DNA of 64,000 bases, from IMG/VR virus record IMGVR_UViG_3300002334_000124, positions 1 through 64,000 of that record, one strand, 5' to 3'. The position numbers were made by a program, and so were the translations under genes. Shown here in pieces: positions 1 to 9,375 of the stretch; within the stretch, counting starts at the first letter, position 1, and the number at the start of each line of letters is the position of its first letter. The DNA comes from a virus. Under the pieces are notes generated by a model. It was not told the origin of the DNA and searched no databases. It saw only the letters and a program-made list of their open reading frames with translations.

Positions 1-4
1 TTTT

Positions 5-68
5 CAAGCAGAAGACGGCATACGAGATCGTGATGTGACTGGAGTTCAGACGTGTGCTCTTCCGATCT
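5..68 (+). other. Illumina TruSeq P7 adapter + index CGTGAT (assembly artefact)
   Basis: CAAGCAGAAGACGGCATACGAGAT-CGTGAT-GTGACTGGAGTTCAGACGTGTGCTCTTCCGATCT exact. Confidence 0.99.
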
Positions 69-440
69 CCTCTATAGATTAGATGATGGATGTGCAAGTG
101 TTTACTCGTAATGGGGATCTGCAAGTGTTCGTTTGCAGTGCAAGCTCGGCACCGAGGTTCTAACTCCAGATGTTCGGACCTCATTAATTTCCAATGAGGT
201 CCATTTGCCAAACTCATCGCCGGATGCTAACATGTTCGTGATGAGTCTGTCAAGTCACAAAATCCACTGCAGTCATTTCAACCAGATGCTCTTCACTAAC
301 AAGTATGCTTACTGCAAGCATTGTGAGATGCACTGGATTCGTGGTGAACGTGGTTGGATTCCAGACGATGACAGTCGAACCTACAGGGGTCCGAAGCAAA
401 AACACACCTATAAGAGCAAAAAGAATTGGAAGAGGAAAAC

Positions 441-791
441 ATGAAAACGAAGCGAAGGGTGTTGCTAGTGGAGCTAGATGCGCCATTGAACCATCCCACT
501 AGACAGACCTGGTCGGCACGAGAGGTCGAGAAGGACCTTCAGGAGAAACTTGGGTCAGAGTATGGCGAGATCAAATTGTGGGGGTCTGTGGGTGGTATCG
601 ATGGGGCATATCGAAAACTCCGACAGTTGAGTGCCGAGACCGAAAAAGACAGAAGTAAGAATGATCGCGTTCATTCGGCTCACAAGGCGCTGTCGTTCTT
701 CCGAGATATGTTTCCTCAGAGATTCTGGGAAGAGAAGAGGATTGGTGGATCTCACCCTACTCGGGAAGAAAGACCAATAGCGGGGAGATAA
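441..791 (+). CDS. hypothetical protein
   Basis: ORF with GAGG RBS, coupled to the next gene. Confidence 0.6.
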   Translation: MKTKRRVLLVELDAPLNHPTRQTWSAREVEKDLQEKLGSEYGEIKLWGSVGGIDGAYRKLRQLSAETEKDRSKNDRVHSAHKALSFFRDMFPQRFWEEKRIGGSHPTREERPIAGR

Positions 792-793
792 TT

Positions 794-1150
794 GTGGAAG
801 AACGTGAACTGATCGTCTCTGTGACCAGGAAGGATTGCGACCGTCAGACCTTTAGGGGGTCGGGTCCTGGTGGTCAGCACAGGAACAAGCGCGATACGGG
901 GGTTCGTTGGATCCATCGTGAATCAGGTGCCAGAGGCGAGGCTAGCGAGAAGAAGTCGCAACATCAGAACGAACGGGTCGCGTGGCGCCGTATGGCAGAG
1001 TCACCCAAGTTTCAGCTGTGGCTAAAGATGCAGGGAGGGATGGCAGCCGTAATTGACGCGAACGTAAAGACGGCTATGAGGCCCCGTAATCTTCTGGTTG
1101 AAGGGAAAGACGAAGATGGTCGCTGGTCAAGCGAGGCCGTGGATCGATAG
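794..1150 (+). CDS. RF-1 domain peptidyl-tRNA hydrolase (ArfB/class I release factor-like, GGQ domain only)
   Basis: TFRGSGPGGQHRNKRDTGVRWIH...KSQHQN motif of the GGQ domain. Confidence 0.9.
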   Translation: MEERELIVSVTRKDCDRQTFRGSGPGGQHRNKRDTGVRWIHRESGARGEASEKKSQHQNERVAWRRMAESPKFQLWLKMQGGMAAVIDANVKTAMRPRNLLVEGKDEDGRWSSEAVDR

Positions 1151-1513
1151 GTTGCCTTCTAACTTTAGATCTGCGTGCGTTTCTAGAACGTAGCGATACG
1201 AGACGGAAGGCTTGACTATCGTCGTTTGGGTGTCGGCATGGACGAGGGAGCCAGCCGAGTCGTAGAACCAGATTGTGATCGGGAACCGCATGTCTGTACG
1301 GTGATACGCTTTGTCGACGTCTGTGTCGTAGAGGAACAACATACCGTCTTGTGGCATTTCACTTCTTTCCGCAAGCCCAGCCATTCGTGTAGTCATACTA
1401 GAGGCCGCTTCGACTTCCAGTTCTGTGTCCCCGACAGAGATGTCCAGGATCCTTTCGTCTACGGAAGCAAGAACTAGGTCCTGCATTGCCTTTTCCCATG
1501 CTGCTGTTTCCAT
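1127..1513 (-). CDS. DUF192-like protein
   Basis: LEVEAA..RMAGL..R.EMPQDGMLFLY...MRFPI.I.F...YVLET pattern; ATG at 1513 overlaps the upstream stop. Confidence 0.7.
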   Translation of the reverse strand: METAAWEKAMQDLVLASVDERILDISVGDTELEVEAASSMTTRMAGLAERSEMPQDGMLFLYDTDVDKAYHRTDMRFPITIWFYDSAGSLVHADTQTTIVKPSVSYRYVLETHADLKLEGNLSIHGLA

Positions 1514-1824
1514 TATGAACCTTTTAGGATGTTGTGAATGCTGTCTTCGGATCCGCGCTCGTCGATACCCATAGCGTAACCCCAATCTTCTTCTGCTTCT
1601 TCTATCGCATCGTGCAGTATGTACTCGAAGAGGATCTTCAGAACAGCGCGCAGTGCGATTTCGGCTTCTACGTCGAGGCTTCCGAGAATTCGGTATTCAT
1701 CGTCAAGCGACTTGCACTCGGCGTGTAGCATCTGACCGCCCTTGTGCCGTTTGGTTCGGTCCTCTATCGCTGCGATAGCGACTGCCTTTTGCTGTAGGCT
1801 CTCTAGTTCTGAATGCTTTCCCAT
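1513..1824 (-). CDS. hypothetical protein
   Basis: ORF with AAGGAG RBS, coupled to the DUF192 gene. Confidence 0.6.
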   Translation of the reverse strand: MGKHSELESLQQKAVAIAAIEDRTKRHKGGQMLHAECKSLDDEYRILGSLDVEAEIALRAVLKILFEYILHDAIEEAEEDWGYAMGIDERGSEDSIHNILKGS

Positions 1825-1861
1825 GATGTCTCCTTCGGTATGCCTGAGGGTAGGATACAGT

Positions 1862-1888
1862 TAAACTGACCTCCGGGTATGTCGATAG
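1862..1888 (+). promoter_or_regulatory. sigma-28/WhiG-type promoter TAAA-N15-GTCGATAG
   Basis: near-consensus FliA/WhiG promoter upstream of ORF 1970. Confidence 0.65.
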
Positions 1889-1969
1889 ACAAACATCGGA
1901 TGTCCACCGGATTTCCCACCGCCCACCTCCGGTTGAGGTTATCATTCAATTGAGCCACCGAGGAGGGCT

Positions 1970-2221
1970 ATGGAATTACTTGAGGAGTTCGAGGAAGCTA
2001 CCATGGGGAAAGGGTCAAGGATCGATCAGATCGTTAACGGATTCGCTTTGCCATCTGAGGGATCTGAAGGGCTTTCCGAATCGGAACGCAAAGAGCTTCA
2101 TGCTCACGTTACGAATACCAAGTTTGGTACAGCGGCGATCGCGAAGGTACTTCGGAGGCGTGGCTACGAGATCGGCGAGAGCAGTGTTCGTCGCTATCGT
2201 CAGAAACATGACACCAGATAA
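1970..2221 (+). CDS. small HTH-like DNA-binding protein
   Basis: GGAGG RBS; TAAIAKVLRRRGYEIGESSVRRYR helix-turn-helix pattern. Confidence 0.65.
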   Translation: MELLEEFEEATMGKGSRIDQIVNGFALPSEGSEGLSESERKELHAHVTNTKFGTAAIAKVLRRRGYEIGESSVRRYRQKHDTR

Positions 2222-2243
2222 CAACTACAAAGAGGTTTAACGT

Positions 2244-3494
2244 ATGACATTGTCTGATGAGATTGAAGAGCTACAGGTTGTCCAGGACGAAACCAAAGTG
2301 GTCGAACAGAAAAAGCGTGACACGAAAGAGCATGCGAAAGGCTGGGAGCGGGGAGTTGAGATTACAGATGGCGCGGGCTACATCTATAGTGGCCCTGTGG
2401 ACACTCCTCCCGGTGAGGGTGAGTGGGATGGAATTCTTGGCGAATTAGGTCTAGACCAAGAGAAGTACGAGATCAACCCCGACGCGGTTCTTGACATGCG
2501 TGTCTGGGATATGGCTGTGGGTTCGGGGATTGTGCAGCGAATGCATTATTACCGTGCGCCCGTTCATTTACGTGGTCGATACAAGTGGATGCCTGAGAAA
2601 GAGTTCACCGAGGGGTTGAAAGCGGTTAGACCCCCAACGAAGAAGATCATGGAGGCCAAGTATGCCGACCCCAATGGATTTGTGGTTTGCCTTGCAGACT
2701 GGCAGATTGGTAAAGCCGAATCTGATGGCACTGTGGGGATTCGTAACCGAATCATGGCGAGCGCTCACGCATCTCTTCACCGCCTGAAACAACTTCGCAG
2801 GATGGGCATCCAGATTGAGACTGTCTACATCGTTGGTATGGGTGACATGGTTGAGGCCTGTGATGGGCATTACGCCATGCAGACGTTCAAGACTGATCTA
2901 AATGAGCGCCAGCAATTCAGACTTGCGGCGCGTCTGTTTAGAAACATCATTGTGATGTTCGCTGCTGAATCCACCAGATTGGTGGTTGTTTCGGTGGGTG
3001 GTAATCATGGTGAGAATCGCAAGAACGGCAAGGCTTACACTGATACGGGAGACAACAAAGACACCCAGTTGTTGGAAGTGACTGCTGATCGTCTTGGTGA
3101 GAACGAAGAAGCTTTCGGCCATGTTCATTTTGTTCCACTGGAGAACAAGCTCTGGTGTACTCTTGACATCTACGGGACTTCTGTGGGATTTTCTCATGGT
3201 CATTTGCCTGGTGGCGGAGCGGCTGGCCAGCCCGAAGCCAAGCAGAAGAAGTGGATCTCAAGCCAGGCTTTGGCTAAGTCCGACATAGGCGACGTCGACC
3301 TCTTTGTCACTGGTCATTATCACAGTTTCCAGGTATCCGATTGGGGACCGCGAATGTGGATGCAGTGCCCTACGCAGGACGGTGGTAGTGAATGGTTTGA
3401 AAACATGACGGGGTCTAATTCCACAACAGGGACTCTTACGTTTGTGTGTGGTCCAGCATCGAAGACTCAAGCTGATTTCATAAGAGTTGTGTGA
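2244..3494 (+). CDS. calcineurin-like metallophosphoesterase / phage exonuclease
   Basis: LADWQIG, GMGDMVE, GGNHGE, SHGH, TGHYH motifs. Confidence 0.85.
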   Translation: MTLSDEIEELQVVQDETKVVEQKKRDTKEHAKGWERGVEITDGAGYIYSGPVDTPPGEGEWDGILGELGLDQEKYEINPDAVLDMRVWDMAVGSGIVQRMHYYRAPVHLRGRYKWMPEKEFTEGLKAVRPPTKKIMEAKYADPNGFVVCLADWQIGKAESDGTVGIRNRIMASAHASLHRLKQLRRMGIQIETVYIVGMGDMVEACDGHYAMQTFKTDLNERQQFRLAARLFRNIIVMFAAESTRLVVVSVGGNHGENRKNGKAYTDTGDNKDTQLLEVTADRLGENEEAFGHVHFVPLENKLWCTLDIYGTSVGFSHGHLPGGGAAGQPEAKQKKWISSQALAKSDIGDVDLFVTGHYHSFQVSDWGPRMWMQCPTQDGGSEWFENMTGSNSTTGTLTFVCGPASKTQADFIRVV

Positions 3495-3637
3495 CAATCT
3501 CTTCTCTGTCTGTGCGATGTAGACAAGACCAGTAGATATATGGGCCAGAAGGCATTTTGACTGGTGTAGTTATTGCATCACATGGATCTCTCTACCGATG
3601 TATTATTAGAACTACAAATACACCGAGGAGAACCCCC

Positions 3638-5647
3638 GTGTCAGACTTTCTGAGCTTCCGCCTTCCGGATGAATTCCTGGAGGAGTTCAAGAGTCAAACA
3701 CCAGAGTGGGGATTCCCGATAGGTGGAGGAAACTCTCTAGCCGAACTAACTTTCATCACCAAGTATTCTCGTCTTAAAGACGATGGATCTAAAGAGCGGT
3801 GGTGGGAAGTTTGTCGTCGTTGCGTCGAGGGTTATTACTCCATTTTGAAGGATCACTGTCTGGCAAACCGAACCCCATGGAACGACCACAAGGCACAGCG
3901 TTCAGCGCGTGACGCCTATGAGCGAATGTTTGTTTTCAAGTGGATGCCCCCAGGTCGCGGTCTTTGGATGATGGGCACAAGTTTTGTGAACGAGCAAGGC
4001 AATTCAGCCTCTCTGCAGAACTGCAGTTTCATCAGCACAGAGAAGCTCAGCACTCATAGTTTTGAGGCAGCCACTCTTCCGTTCACTCGTCTGATGGAAA
4101 TGTCTATGCTTGGTGTAGGTGTGGGCTTCGACACTAGAGGTGTGGGCAAATTGACGTTCCATCAGCCTGAAGGTGACGCTGACACATTTGTCATTCCGGA
4201 TAGTCGCGAGGGTTGGTGTGATTCAGTTGGGGCTTTGTTGGCTTCATGGTTTTTCAAGGGTCGCAGACCAGTGGAGTTTGATTACAGTGAGGTTCGACCT
4301 GCGGGTGAGCCGATCAAGGGTTTCGGTGGCATAGCTGCTGGTCCTGATCCGTTAGAAGACTGTCACATCAAGCTGAACGAGATCTTCACGGAGAGGACAG
4401 GAGATTCAATATCGTCTACTGACATCACAGATATTTGCAACCTTATTGCCAAGTGTGTGGTTAGCGGTAACGTACGACGCTCTGCTTTGATAGCTCTCGG
4501 TGATTCAGAGGATGAGGACTATCTGAACCTCAAGAATTCCGAAGTAAATCCAGAACGGATGGGTCCTGATGGATGGGGCTGGACTTCCAACAACACAGTG
4601 TTTGCTAATGTTGACGGTGACTACGAACATCTCGTGAAACTGATTAGTGACAATGGTGAGCCTGGTTTGTTCTACATTGATCTGGCGCGCACTCACGGCC
4701 GTCTTGCGGATGTAGCGGACAATAAAGACACACGAATCAAAGGTTGCAATCCGTGCGGTGAGCAACCTTTGGAGCACATGGAATGTTGCACTCTCGTTGA
4801 GACTTTCCCTCATCACCACGAAAACGCGGAAGACTTCAGACAGACTCTGAAACATGCCTATCTGTACGGCAAAGCCGTCACTTTGTTGCCTACGCATTGG
4901 CCAGAAACTAATGAGGTAATGCAACGCAATCGTCGTATTGGTTGTTCTGTTTCGGGTCTCGCCCAGTTTGTCGAGGATCGTGGCTGGACTGAGCTTCGCA
5001 AGTGGCTCGACGAAGGGTACAAGGCAATCAAGTCACGCGACATCCAGTACAGTGAGTGGCTGGGAGTGCGAGAATCAATCAAAATGACGACGGTTAAGCC
5101 GTCAGGCACTGTCTCGCTTGTTGCAGGTGCCACTCCTGGCGTACATTGGCCTATAGCTTCAGAAACCTACATTCGTAGGATGCGTTTCTCTAACGTAGAC
5201 CCATTACTCGTCGCGATTGTAAAGGCTGGATACTTCACTGAACCCGACGTCATGAATCCGAAGACCACTACGGTTGTGGAATTTCCAACCACAGGGCCAA
5301 ACGTTCGGACTCAGGAAGATGTCAGTGTTTGGGAGAAAGCTGAACTTTCGGTACTGCTTCAGCGCTGGTGGTCCGACAATATGGTCTCCTGTACTCTTAG
5401 TTTCGCGGAGAGTGAGATAGGTCAACTTCCTGCGTTGGTAGCAGCCAAGGCTGGTCAGCTGAAGACAATGTCAATGCTTCCTATCGACACTGGTGCATAT
5501 GCCCAAATGCCGTATGAACGCATCGACGAGAAGGCGGCGGCTAAGCTTCAGAATGAGGTAAAGCCTTTGGATTGGGAGCTAATTTACAACTCCGCTCTTG
5601 AAGCTGAAGGAGAAAGGTATTGCACAACAGATACTTGTGAGGTATAG
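3638..5647 (+). CDS. nrdJ: class II (B12-dependent) monomeric ribonucleotide reductase
   Basis: PPGRGLW, LQNCSF, GNVRRSA, GCNPCGEQPL..ECC, TTVKPSGTVS, C-terminal YCTTDTCEV; GTG start after GAGGAG. Confidence 0.93.
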   Translation: MSDFLSFRLPDEFLEEFKSQTPEWGFPIGGGNSLAELTFITKYSRLKDDGSKERWWEVCRRCVEGYYSILKDHCLANRTPWNDHKAQRSARDAYERMFVFKWMPPGRGLWMMGTSFVNEQGNSASLQNCSFISTEKLSTHSFEAATLPFTRLMEMSMLGVGVGFDTRGVGKLTFHQPEGDADTFVIPDSREGWCDSVGALLASWFFKGRRPVEFDYSEVRPAGEPIKGFGGIAAGPDPLEDCHIKLNEIFTERTGDSISSTDITDICNLIAKCVVSGNVRRSALIALGDSEDEDYLNLKNSEVNPERMGPDGWGWTSNNTVFANVDGDYEHLVKLISDNGEPGLFYIDLARTHGRLADVADNKDTRIKGCNPCGEQPLEHMECCTLVETFPHHHENAEDFRQTLKHAYLYGKAVTLLPTHWPETNEVMQRNRRIGCSVSGLAQFVEDRGWTELRKWLDEGYKAIKSRDIQYSEWLGVRESIKMTTVKPSGTVSLVAGATPGVHWPIASETYIRRMRFSNVDPLLVAIVKAGYFTEPDVMNPKTTTVVEFPTTGPNVRTQEDVSVWEKAELSVLLQRWWSDNMVSCTLSFAESEIGQLPALVAAKAGQLKTMSMLPIDTGAYAQMPYERIDEKAAAKLQNEVKPLDWELIYNSALEAEGERYCTTDTCEV

Positions 5648-5668
5648 TCTCACTGCGACACCTCTGTC

Positions 5669-5715
5669 CCGGCCGGGATCCGTGCAGCCCCCCTTCTGTC
5701 ACGGATCCCGGCCGG
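5669..5715 (+). terminator. 16-bp perfect inverted repeat after nrdJ (terminator-like, no U-tract)
   Basis: CCGGCCGGGATCCGTG / CACGGATCCCGGCCGG. Confidence 0.6.
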
Positions 5716-5807
5716 TGCCGTGTTACACTGCAATTGTGTTTGAGACTCAGATTGCACGCATCTCGGATTGGGTTGTCGGGAGATTCCCGACGTCGCCAGG
5801 CAATGGG

Positions 5808-6125
5808 ATGATCTGGGGGTTCGTGGATAAGCACGGTAGAGTCGGCAAGCTCAAGATGGTCGAAGGGGGCAGAGCTTTAACTGTTACTACTGCCTCTGAT
5901 AGGGAATTGACCAGAATCCCTATCGGTAAGGTTCTGATTGCTCTTCCTTTCATTGGAGCAGAGCTGTTTGCCCGTTACGTGCTAAGTCGCATATGGCATG
6001 TGTTTGCAGCTAACAGTATGCGTCGTTATGACGACCGCCAGCCGATTGAACCTTTGAGTGGGCTGTGGAAGTACGGAGTCATTGTGACTGGAAGACCCTA
6101 TGTGAGAAAGGAAGAAGATGAGTGA
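5808..6125 (+). CDS. hypothetical protein
   Basis: ORF overlapping the next start; start uncertain. Confidence 0.45.
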   Translation: MIWGFVDKHGRVGKLKMVEGGRALTVTTASDRELTRIPIGKVLIALPFIGAELFARYVLSRIWHVFAANSMRRYDDRQPIEPLSGLWKYGVIVTGRPYVRKEEDE

Positions 6126-6603
6126 CGGAAACGAGAGCCATACGACTTGGACGAGTGTCCCTAGACAATCTAGTCCTGTAGATTTGGATAAATCCGACCA
6201 ACGGGTGGCGCTAAGGTTTAATGACGACAAGTTACCTTTGCATTACTGGGATTTGTATCCGACATGCGCCAAGATGATCGCGTGGGTGCAGGCCCGTGGT
6301 GAGGACAAGTATGGCTACGGGAACTGGATGCTCGGTGGGAAGCCAGACCGCGAATATCGGGACTCAGCTAAACGACATCAGACGGAATTCAACGAGGGGG
6401 TTGATTACGACGAAGATACCGGTTCTTTTCATCCAGCTCAGGAGCTGTGGAATCTGATGAATCTGATCGAACGTAATTACAGTGACATTCCGCTCCGTGA
6501 TCCAGATTTCGACCTGGACGCTTACGTCGAGAAGTGGAGAGACTCTCCGAAGAACGAAATAGACCCTCGTGAGATTCGCAAAAGTCAACGAGGTCTCAGT
6601 TAG
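6118..6603 (+). CDS. dATP/dGTP diphosphohydrolase (DUF5664-like)
   Basis: ALRFNDDKLPL...GEDKYGYGNW..G......DSAKRH......D.DTG..H.A...WN pattern. Confidence 0.75.
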   Translation: MSDGNESHTTWTSVPRQSSPVDLDKSDQRVALRFNDDKLPLHYWDLYPTCAKMIAWVQARGEDKYGYGNWMLGGKPDREYRDSAKRHQTEFNEGVDYDEDTGSFHPAQELWNLMNLIERNYSDIPLRDPDFDLDAYVEKWRDSPKNEIDPREIRKSQRGLS

Positions 6604-6645
6604 AGAGTCCTTTGCGCCGATGTTCTTAGAGAACAGGAGGGCGTT

Positions 6646-6900
6646 ATGTTGCTCTGTAAAGTTTGTGATGACTCTAAGTGGGGGGTTTCGCAAGAAGCTG
6701 ACGGAGTTCATCTCACATGTTGTTCGATGAGATTGATGAAATACCGGATTGGTGAGGGTTTCGCAGCCGAATTGGACGATACTGAAGTGGTCATGAAGTT
6801 AAGGCAGTCGGCTGAGGAGCAGTTTGCTTTGGTTCGTTGTCGCTATACGATCGTTCTCCCCCACTGCACAGCGGTCGTCCCAACACAGGTGCTGAAATGA
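6646..6900 (+). CDS. hypothetical Cys-containing protein
   Basis: AGGAGG RBS; preceded by GCCGATGT -10 element. Confidence 0.6.
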   Translation: MLLCKVCDDSKWGVSQEADGVHLTCCSMRLMKYRIGEGFAAELDDTEVVMKLRQSAEEQFALVRCRYTIVLPHCTAVVPTQVLK

Positions 6901-7208
6901 ACATTCAAGAACATGAAGGTAAGTTCCACGTGATGGAAGAGGACGACGTCCTTGGTGTGTTTCTTACTCGCCGTGGAGCGCTGGCCTTTGTAGCGACAGA
7001 GGAACAAGAGCCTGGTGTGGGTCCGTGGGCCGACGCCGCTAGACGTCAACAGGCTGCGCGAGAGGTACACGTCCACAATCCTATTGAGGAAGGTCTGAAG
7101 CAGCTAACCCACATTCACGAATTCGATAAAGTGAGTCACACACATCCTGGCTACGGTCCAGGTAGATTCCCAGACAATGACAATACAACTAGTACTAGCG
7201 GGAAATAG
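6897..7208 (+). CDS. hypothetical protein
   Basis: ATGA overlap with the previous gene. Confidence 0.55.
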   Translation: MNIQEHEGKFHVMEEDDVLGVFLTRRGALAFVATEEQEPGVGPWADAARRQQAAREVHVHNPIEEGLKQLTHIHEFDKVSHTHPGYGPGRFPDNDNTTSTSGK

Positions 7209-7471
7209 ACGAGAATACGAATCGTTCATCGTTTGGCAACGGCGAGCCAATCCTCTTGTGCATCCTGTATCCGCTAATATTGGGTATTGTTTTGTGAGCA
7301 AGTCATCCGACCTCGACGGGCGCTCTGAGACCGTGCTTCATTTGTACGGATCGGCTCGCTGGCGTCGTGACTACGACAACATACTTTCAGAAGCGAAGCT
7401 TCGTGGTATTCGTATCGTGGATTATTGGCACCCTCGTAGTACCATTACTATGCCCGCTATGGAGATCGCAC

Positions 7472-8200
7472 ATGATTACGCAGACAGATTGGGAATTAGC
7501 CCAGAATGGAGATTTGGAGGTTCGAAATCGAATCGTCTTGGAATTCCAGAATCTAGTTGAGTTCTGCGCCAACGCGATGAGCAAGGGAATGCCCTCTCAC
7601 ATCGACAAGAATGATCTCATTTCTTCAGGCCAGTTTGGCTTGATCGATGCGGTGTCTCGCTTTGATTATTCCAGGGGTTTGCGATTCGAGACCTTCGCTG
7701 TACGACGAATTAAGGGTGCGATCCTAGATGAGTTACGCTCTCAGGATTGGGTGCCTCGTTCTGTTCGTAGTCGTGAGCGTAGGCTGGCACAGGCTATAGA
7801 GTCGGATTCGAAATCGCCTTCTATGGCCGAGTTGATAGAGATGACAGATATGACCGAAGAAGAAATACTGAAGACTCGGTCGGGTTCTGAATTGTCTCAG
7901 ATCCATACGCTCGACATGCAATTGGAGTCTCGTCGTCCAAACGACTCTGGTTCTGTTTCGCTCGCCGATACCGTCACTCGTGATATTGGTGGATTGTCAG
8001 AGATGTTTGAGAATCTTGACCCGGAGGCAGTAGTAACGGCGATCGACGATCTTGGCAACCGCGAGGTGATGGTCATAACGATGCATTACTATCTAGGGAA
8101 ATCTTTGAAAGAGATCGGCCGTGAGTTTGGAGTCACAGAGAGCAGGGTCTGTCAGATTCACACCAAAGCCCTGAAGAAGATTCGTGAGGGATTGAAGTGA
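7472..8200 (+). CDS. RNA polymerase sigma factor, FliA/WhiG (sigma-28) family
   Basis: DLISSGQFGLIDAVSRFD.SRGLRFETFA..RIKGAILDELRSQDWVPRSVR; region 4 SLKEIGREFGVTESRVCQIHTKAL. Confidence 0.93.
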   Translation: MITQTDWELAQNGDLEVRNRIVLEFQNLVEFCANAMSKGMPSHIDKNDLISSGQFGLIDAVSRFDYSRGLRFETFAVRRIKGAILDELRSQDWVPRSVRSRERRLAQAIESDSKSPSMAELIEMTDMTEEEILKTRSGSELSQIHTLDMQLESRRPNDSGSVSLADTVTRDIGGLSEMFENLDPEAVVTAIDDLGNREVMVITMHYYLGKSLKEIGREFGVTESRVCQIHTKALKKIREGLK

Positions 8201-8757
8201 ATTACTGGGATACTCAAGCATCGGATTTTGGGGTTTTGTCGCTCGGAGCTGACAATTGGGAGAGGGTCCACGACTATCAGGTACGGCTTCTACAAGAGAG
8301 ATTGCCCGACAAGCATGGTAGGGTGCTCGAAATTGGTGGCGGCGTGGGTCGACTGGGCATTCCTCTTGCTAAGGAAAATCCTGATCTCTTCTTCACGAAT
8401 TACGATACGTCTGAGGAGATGCTCAAGGAGTTCACTAAACGCAGTAAGGATGTTGAGAACATCGTGGGCTGTGACACTTTGACGACCGGGCTAAGGTTTG
8501 ATCTGGTTTTTTGTGTCCTAGTGATTCAGCACAACGACCTTGACAGTGTCAACAAGTTGATGTCTTTGATCGTTCTGGCATCCAGACCGTATGCACGGAT
8601 CCTTGTGCAGTTTGTCCGAGGCGACAAGTACACAGCTCATGGTCCGCGCTCATTCGATTATTCGATGGAGCAGATTGAGACCTTTTTGCCAGGGGCCAAG
8701 TTCTTCAAGGATGAGTCAGGTTATGCAGATTCTTGGTGGTGGGCAGAAATTCAATAG
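8197..8757 (+). CDS. class I SAM-dependent methyltransferase
   Basis: VLEIGGGVGR, YDTSEEML, FDLVFC..VIQH. Confidence 0.85.
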   Translation: MNYWDTQASDFGVLSLGADNWERVHDYQVRLLQERLPDKHGRVLEIGGGVGRLGIPLAKENPDLFFTNYDTSEEMLKEFTKRSKDVENIVGCDTLTTGLRFDLVFCVLVIQHNDLDSVNKLMSLIVLASRPYARILVQFVRGDKYTAHGPRSFDYSMEQIETFLPGAKFFKDESGYADSWWWAEIQ

Positions 8758-8764
8758 GTTTGAC

Positions 8765-8793
8765 TTGCATTGTTGTTAGACGTGGTGTAGTGT
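8765..8793 (+). promoter_or_regulatory. sigma70-type promoter for the RNA array (TTGCAT-N17-TAGTGT)
   Basis: 17-nt spacing, directly upstream of the non-coding region. Confidence 0.55.
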
Positions 8794-8796
8794 TCA

Positions 8797-9122
8797 TCTC
8801 GTAGCTCGGAGCGCGACTTTCGGTCAGGGTGGTCGCTGCATACGAGCCGCAGAGGACTGGGTGTGGAAATTAGCAGCCCACCCAGTTCTCAGTTCTCAAG
8901 GAAGGAAAAGCTACAAGAGGTGGTTATACTGCCGAAGAAGCATGTAGCAGTCAAGTCGAGAGGAGGCTCCCGCAATGTATGTGAAAGATTTTACAGAACA
9001 GAATCGGTTGAAGTCGACGACCAGTGTGGTCGATCCTCGGCATTCCCAGCGACCGGGTCGCGGGATCTGCGGTGGCACCACAGTCTGGGGCTGGCAAGCG
9101 TAACACCTTCGGGTGGCCTCTA
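8797..9122 (+). ncRNA. candidate large structured ncRNA leading the tRNA array
   Basis: no credible ORF; multiple helices, e.g. GAGGACTGGGTG/CACCCAGTTCTC, GCCGA/TCGGC, AGAGGT/GCCTCT, UUCG tetraloop. Confidence 0.55.
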
Positions 9123-9126
9123 TCTT

Positions 9127-9197
9127 AGGGGTGCTGATTGGTCAGACTGAGGTCTCCAAAACCTCAAGGCGGGGTTCGATCCCCCGTACCCCTGCCA
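9127..9197 (+). tRNA. tRNA-Trp(CCA), no 8-9 linker
   Basis: cloverleaf, loop CTCCAAA, TTCGA, 3' CCA. Confidence 0.85.
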
Positions 9198-9202
9198 AAT
9201 AT

Positions 9203-9278
9203 GCCGGTCACGCAGGTGTGGACTTGCACTTCTCTTGTAAAGAAGACTGACGGGGTTCGACTCCCCGGTCCGGCTCCA
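9203..9278 (+). tRNA. tRNA-Thr(TGT)
   Basis: CTTCT-CTTGTAA-AGAAG, TTCGA, CCA. Confidence 0.88.
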
Positions 9279-9291
9279 AGTAAGTAAGTAT

Positions 9292-9366
9292 GCGACTATA
9301 GTGTAGTTGGTAACATCTCTGCCTTCCAAGCAGATGTCGTCGGTTCGAGTCCGTCTAGTCGCTCCA
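9292..9366 (+). tRNA. tRNA-Gly(TCC)
   Basis: TCTGC-CTTCCAA-GCAGA, U73, CCA. Confidence 0.92.
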
Positions 9367-9375
9367 ACTGAATAT

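Noticed and set aside
3638-5647. Intein or group I intron in the RNR gene
   Set aside because: The ORF is continuous and of normal monomeric class II length, with no Hint motifs.
8797-9122. RNase P RNA or raiA motif (GAGGAGGCTCC, ACAGAATCGG, GGTTGAAGTCGACGACCAG)
   Set aside because: Only short partial resemblance. The P4 pairing (GAGGAAAGUCC/CGGCUUA) and the other raiA core segments are not found, so it is left unassigned.
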